NCBI RefSeq assembly: GCF_009914755.1 | Contig: NC_060928.1 | Reading direction: 5' to 3' (one strand) | Source: the human T2T-CHM13v2.0 reference genome, Homo sapiens | Length of the DNA stretch: 64,000 nucleotides | In this document: in pieces, positions 60,847-64,000 of the stretch | Layout: every line of letters starts with the position of its first letter | Position numbering within the stretch: position 1 is the stretch's first letter | Notes under the pieces: model-generated | What the model was told of the DNA's origin: nothing | The model's input: only the letters and a program-made list of their open reading frames with translations | Databases searched by the model: none | Translations under genes and position numbers: made by a program

Positions 60847-62660
60847 CATCCCTGTTTATGGATTGGAAGTCAATATTGTTACAATGTCTATACCACTCAC
60901 AATGATCTAGAGATTCAATTAAATCCCTACAATTTCCCTACAATGAAATCCCTACAAAAGTCCCCATGGCATTTTTTACAGAAATAGAAAGAATAGAAAT
61001 AGAAAAAACCATCCTAAATGTATATGAAACCACAAAAGAAATAGAAAAAACAATCCTAAAATATATATGAAACCACAAAAGACCCCAAGTAGCCAAAGTA
61101 ATCTTGAGAAAGAAGAATAAAGTTGGAGGCATAGCATTCCCTGATTTTAAAATATATCAAAAAGCTACTAATCAAAACAGTATGTTACTATCTTAAAGAC
61201 AGACATACAGACAAATAGAACAGAATATAGAACCCAGAAATAAACTGCAGAATACATGGTGAACTGATCTTCCACAAGGTGACAAGAATACACAATAAGG
61301 AAAGAATAGTCTCAACAAACGGTGTTGGGAAAACTGGATATACACATGCAAAACAATGAAAATGGAACACTGTCTTACAACATACACAAAAATCAACTTA
61401 AAATGAATTAAACAAATAAATATAAAAACTGAGACTGTAAAACTTTTAGAAGAAAACATAGGGGAAAAGCTTTACGACATTGGCCTTGGTAATGATTTAA
61501 TGGATATGACATCAAAAGCAGAGACAAAATCAAAAATAACTCAGTGGGACTACATCAAACTAAAAAGTGTTTACACAGCAATAAAAACAATCAGTGAAGT
61601 GAAAAGGAAAACTATGGAATGCAAGAAAATATTTGCAAACCATATATCTGATAAGGTGGGGGTGATAATGTCTAAAATATATAGTGCAGGAAATATATAG
61701 AGAAGTCCTATAATTTATAGCAAAACAAAATCAAACAACCTCATTAATATATGGGTAAAAGACATACAAATGGCCATGAGTATATGAAAAAATGCTCAGT
61801 ATCACTAATTATCAGGAAAATGCAGATCAAAACTGCAACAAGATACAATTTTATGGTATCTTGATACCATAGGATGGCTATCATCAAAAAAAACAATCAG
61901 GATGGCTATCATCAAAAAACTCAGAATGGCTATCATCAAAAAAACAAAAGACAAGTAGTGCTGGTGAGGATATGGAGAAATTGGAACCCTTGCATACTCT
62001 CAGCGGGAATGTGAAATGCTTCAGCTGCTATGAAAAACAATGTGGAGGTTTCTCAAAAAAATTAAAATAAAATTACTGTATGATCCAGAATCCCACTTCT
62101 GAGTATTTCCACAAAAGAACAAAAATCAGAAACTTGAAGAGCTATTAGCACTACTATGTTCATTGCAACATTATTACATTTATGTAATAGCCAAGATGTA
62201 GGAACAACCTCAATGCCTATTGGGAAATAAATGAATATAGAATGTGTGGAATATATATGCAATGGAATACTATTCAGCCTTACAAAAGAAGAAAACTCTG
62301 TAACACATGACAACATGGATGAACCTTGGGGACATTATGCTAAGTAAAATAAACCAGTCACACAAACACTGAATGATTCCACTTATATAAGGTATCTAAA
62401 ATAATCAAATCCATAGATTCAAAGAGTGAAATGGTGGTTGCCAGGGGCTGAATAGATAGGGAAATGGGAAGTTACTAATCAACGGGCATAACATTTCCAT
62501 TAAACCAGATGAAAAAGCTCTGCTGTACATCATTGTACCTATAGTGAACAATACTGCATTATACACTTAAAAAAAATTGAGGGAAGATCTCATGCTTAGT
62601 GTTCATTCTTACCACAAGAAAATAAAAATTTTTAAAAAGAAGAAGAAAACAAAAAGTTAT
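60847..62660 (+). mobile_element. L1MA8/9-like 5'-truncated insertion
   Basis: ORF2 3' half and 3' UTR (gtacatcattgtacctatagtgaacaatactgcattatacactt); TSD-like atagcattaaaaaagt / atagtgttaaaaagt. Confidence 0.88.
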
Positions 62661-63111
62661 AGTGTTATAATAGTGTTAAAAAGTAGATTGGTGGTTGCCT
62701 GGGGCCAACAGCATGGGGAAGGAATTGAGTACAAAAGGGGATGAAGGATTTGGGGGGGTGGTGGAAACATTCATATCATGATTGTAGTGGTAATAACACA
62801 CAATACATATACATCAAAATCCATTAAAACTTTAAAACTGATTAATTTTTTGAACATAAATCATATCCCAATAAAGCAGATTTTAAAAACATATCAGAAT
62901 GGCAGACATGAAATGGTCATTATTTGCTGATGACATTTGTTTACATAAGAACTCCAAGAAGTCAATAAGATATTAAAATAAATAAGTAAATTCAACATTG
63001 TTGTTGATATTTCAACAAGATTATCTGACAAAAATATAAAACCTTGTTATACCATAATCAATTTGAAAGTGCAACAAAACAAAGGAATACATGAGAAAAA
63101 GCTTCCGAAGA

Positions 63112-63262
63112 CTCACAATAGCAAAGACATGGAATCAACCTAAATGCCCCTCAGTGGAAGACCGAAGAAAATGTGGTCCATATACACATGGCCCATATAC
63201 ACCATGGAACACTATGCAGCCATAAAAAAGAACAAGATCACATCCTTAGCAGGAATATGATA
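63112..63262 (+). mobile_element. L1PA/PB ORF2-end fragment
   Basis: cacaatagcaaagacatggaatcaacctaaatgccc...ctatgcagccataaaaaagaacaagatc. Confidence 0.8.
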
Positions 63263-63270
63263 AAACATAC

Positions 63271-63806
63271 TGTATTAGTTATCTATTGCTGCTTAACACA
63301 TCATCCCCAAAATTTTCCTGCTTAAAACACAAACATTTATTATCTCTCACTGTTTCTGAGAGTCAGGAATCTGAAAAGGTGTAGCTCCAGATTCTGGCTT
63401 AGGGTTTCCTGTAAGTTTGCAGTCAAAGTGTTGGCCAGGCTACAGTTGCTGAAGACTTAGCTGGGGCTGAATGATCTGCTTCCATGTTCATTCATGTGGC
63501 TGTTTGGCAAAAGACTTCAGTTTCTCACAATATGGGTCTCTGAATAAAGCTACTTATTACATAGCTTCCACCAGAGCAAGTAAAATGTGCATGCATAAGA
63601 TTGAGAAAGAGAGAACCCAAGATGGAATCCACAGTTGTTTCATAACCTACTCTCAGAAGTGACATGCCATCACTTTTGTTATGGTCTATTTGTTTAGAAG
63701 TGAATTATTTAGTATAGCCCACATTCAAGGAAGAAGAGATTACACAAGGTAATCAATACCAAAAGGTAGGGATCACTGGGAGCCCTCTCAAAGGCTGACT
63801 ACCAAA
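63271..63806 (-). mobile_element. MLT1F-like MaLR solo LTR
   Basis: tgtattagttatctattgctgc...gaagtgacatgccatcacttttg...gggatcactgggagcc. Confidence 0.88.
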
Positions 63807-63809
63807 GAC

Positions 63810-64000
63810 ACCCTTAAAAATTAAAAGAGGAGACACTAACAAGGGGAAAATACTTGCAACACATGTGATAAACAAAGAATGTATCCAGAATACATAAAGA
63901 ATTCCAAGAAAGCAAAAAGAAAAAGGCAAATAATTCAGATAAAAATAAGCAAATTAACAGAACAGCCCAAATATATGTCTGGTAAATATCTATCTGGAAA
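63810..64000 (+). mobile_element. old L1M ORF2 fragment
   Basis: gaaaatacttgcaacacatgtgataaacaaaga...atccagaatacataaagaattcc. Confidence 0.65.

Larger units (their letters stand above)
59235..62890 (+). mobile_element. old L1M (MC/MD-like) 3' part hosting a TA tract and an L1MA
   Basis: Collinear pieces at about 59235-60295, 60805-60846 and 62665-62890, ending cccaataaagc. Confidence 0.8.

Overview
AT-rich primate genomic DNA, most likely human or another African great ape: it contains Alu and L1PA elements, including an L1PA2-type 3' end. It is not prokaryotic. Roughly half or more of the window is interspersed repeat: many L1 copies (L1PA2 to L1M ages), about ten Alu/FAM SINEs, MIR and L2 relics, MaLR/ERV solo LTRs and hAT MITEs. 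I recognise no intact host protein-coding gene, RNA gene or CRISPR array. The long ORFs I recognise are broken L1 ORF2 pieces or Alu read-throughs; the rest match no protein I know. The window looks intronic or intergenic, with at most weak hints of non-coding exons on the minus strand. I cannot support a new biological system here. The most notable signals are retrotransposition and repair fossils. These are three 5'-inverted (twin-primed) L1s, one also carrying a short 3' transduction; a ~205-bp templated insertion with hairpin junctions in a TA-rich tract; a reused L1/Alu target site; fold-back rearrangements at the same ORF2 position in two L1MA copies; a perfect 18-bp hairpin; and a perfect DR4/NBRE motif. 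Subfamily names were assigned by eye from remembered consensus features and need RepeatMasker/Dfam confirmation. Boundaries of old repeats are approximate.
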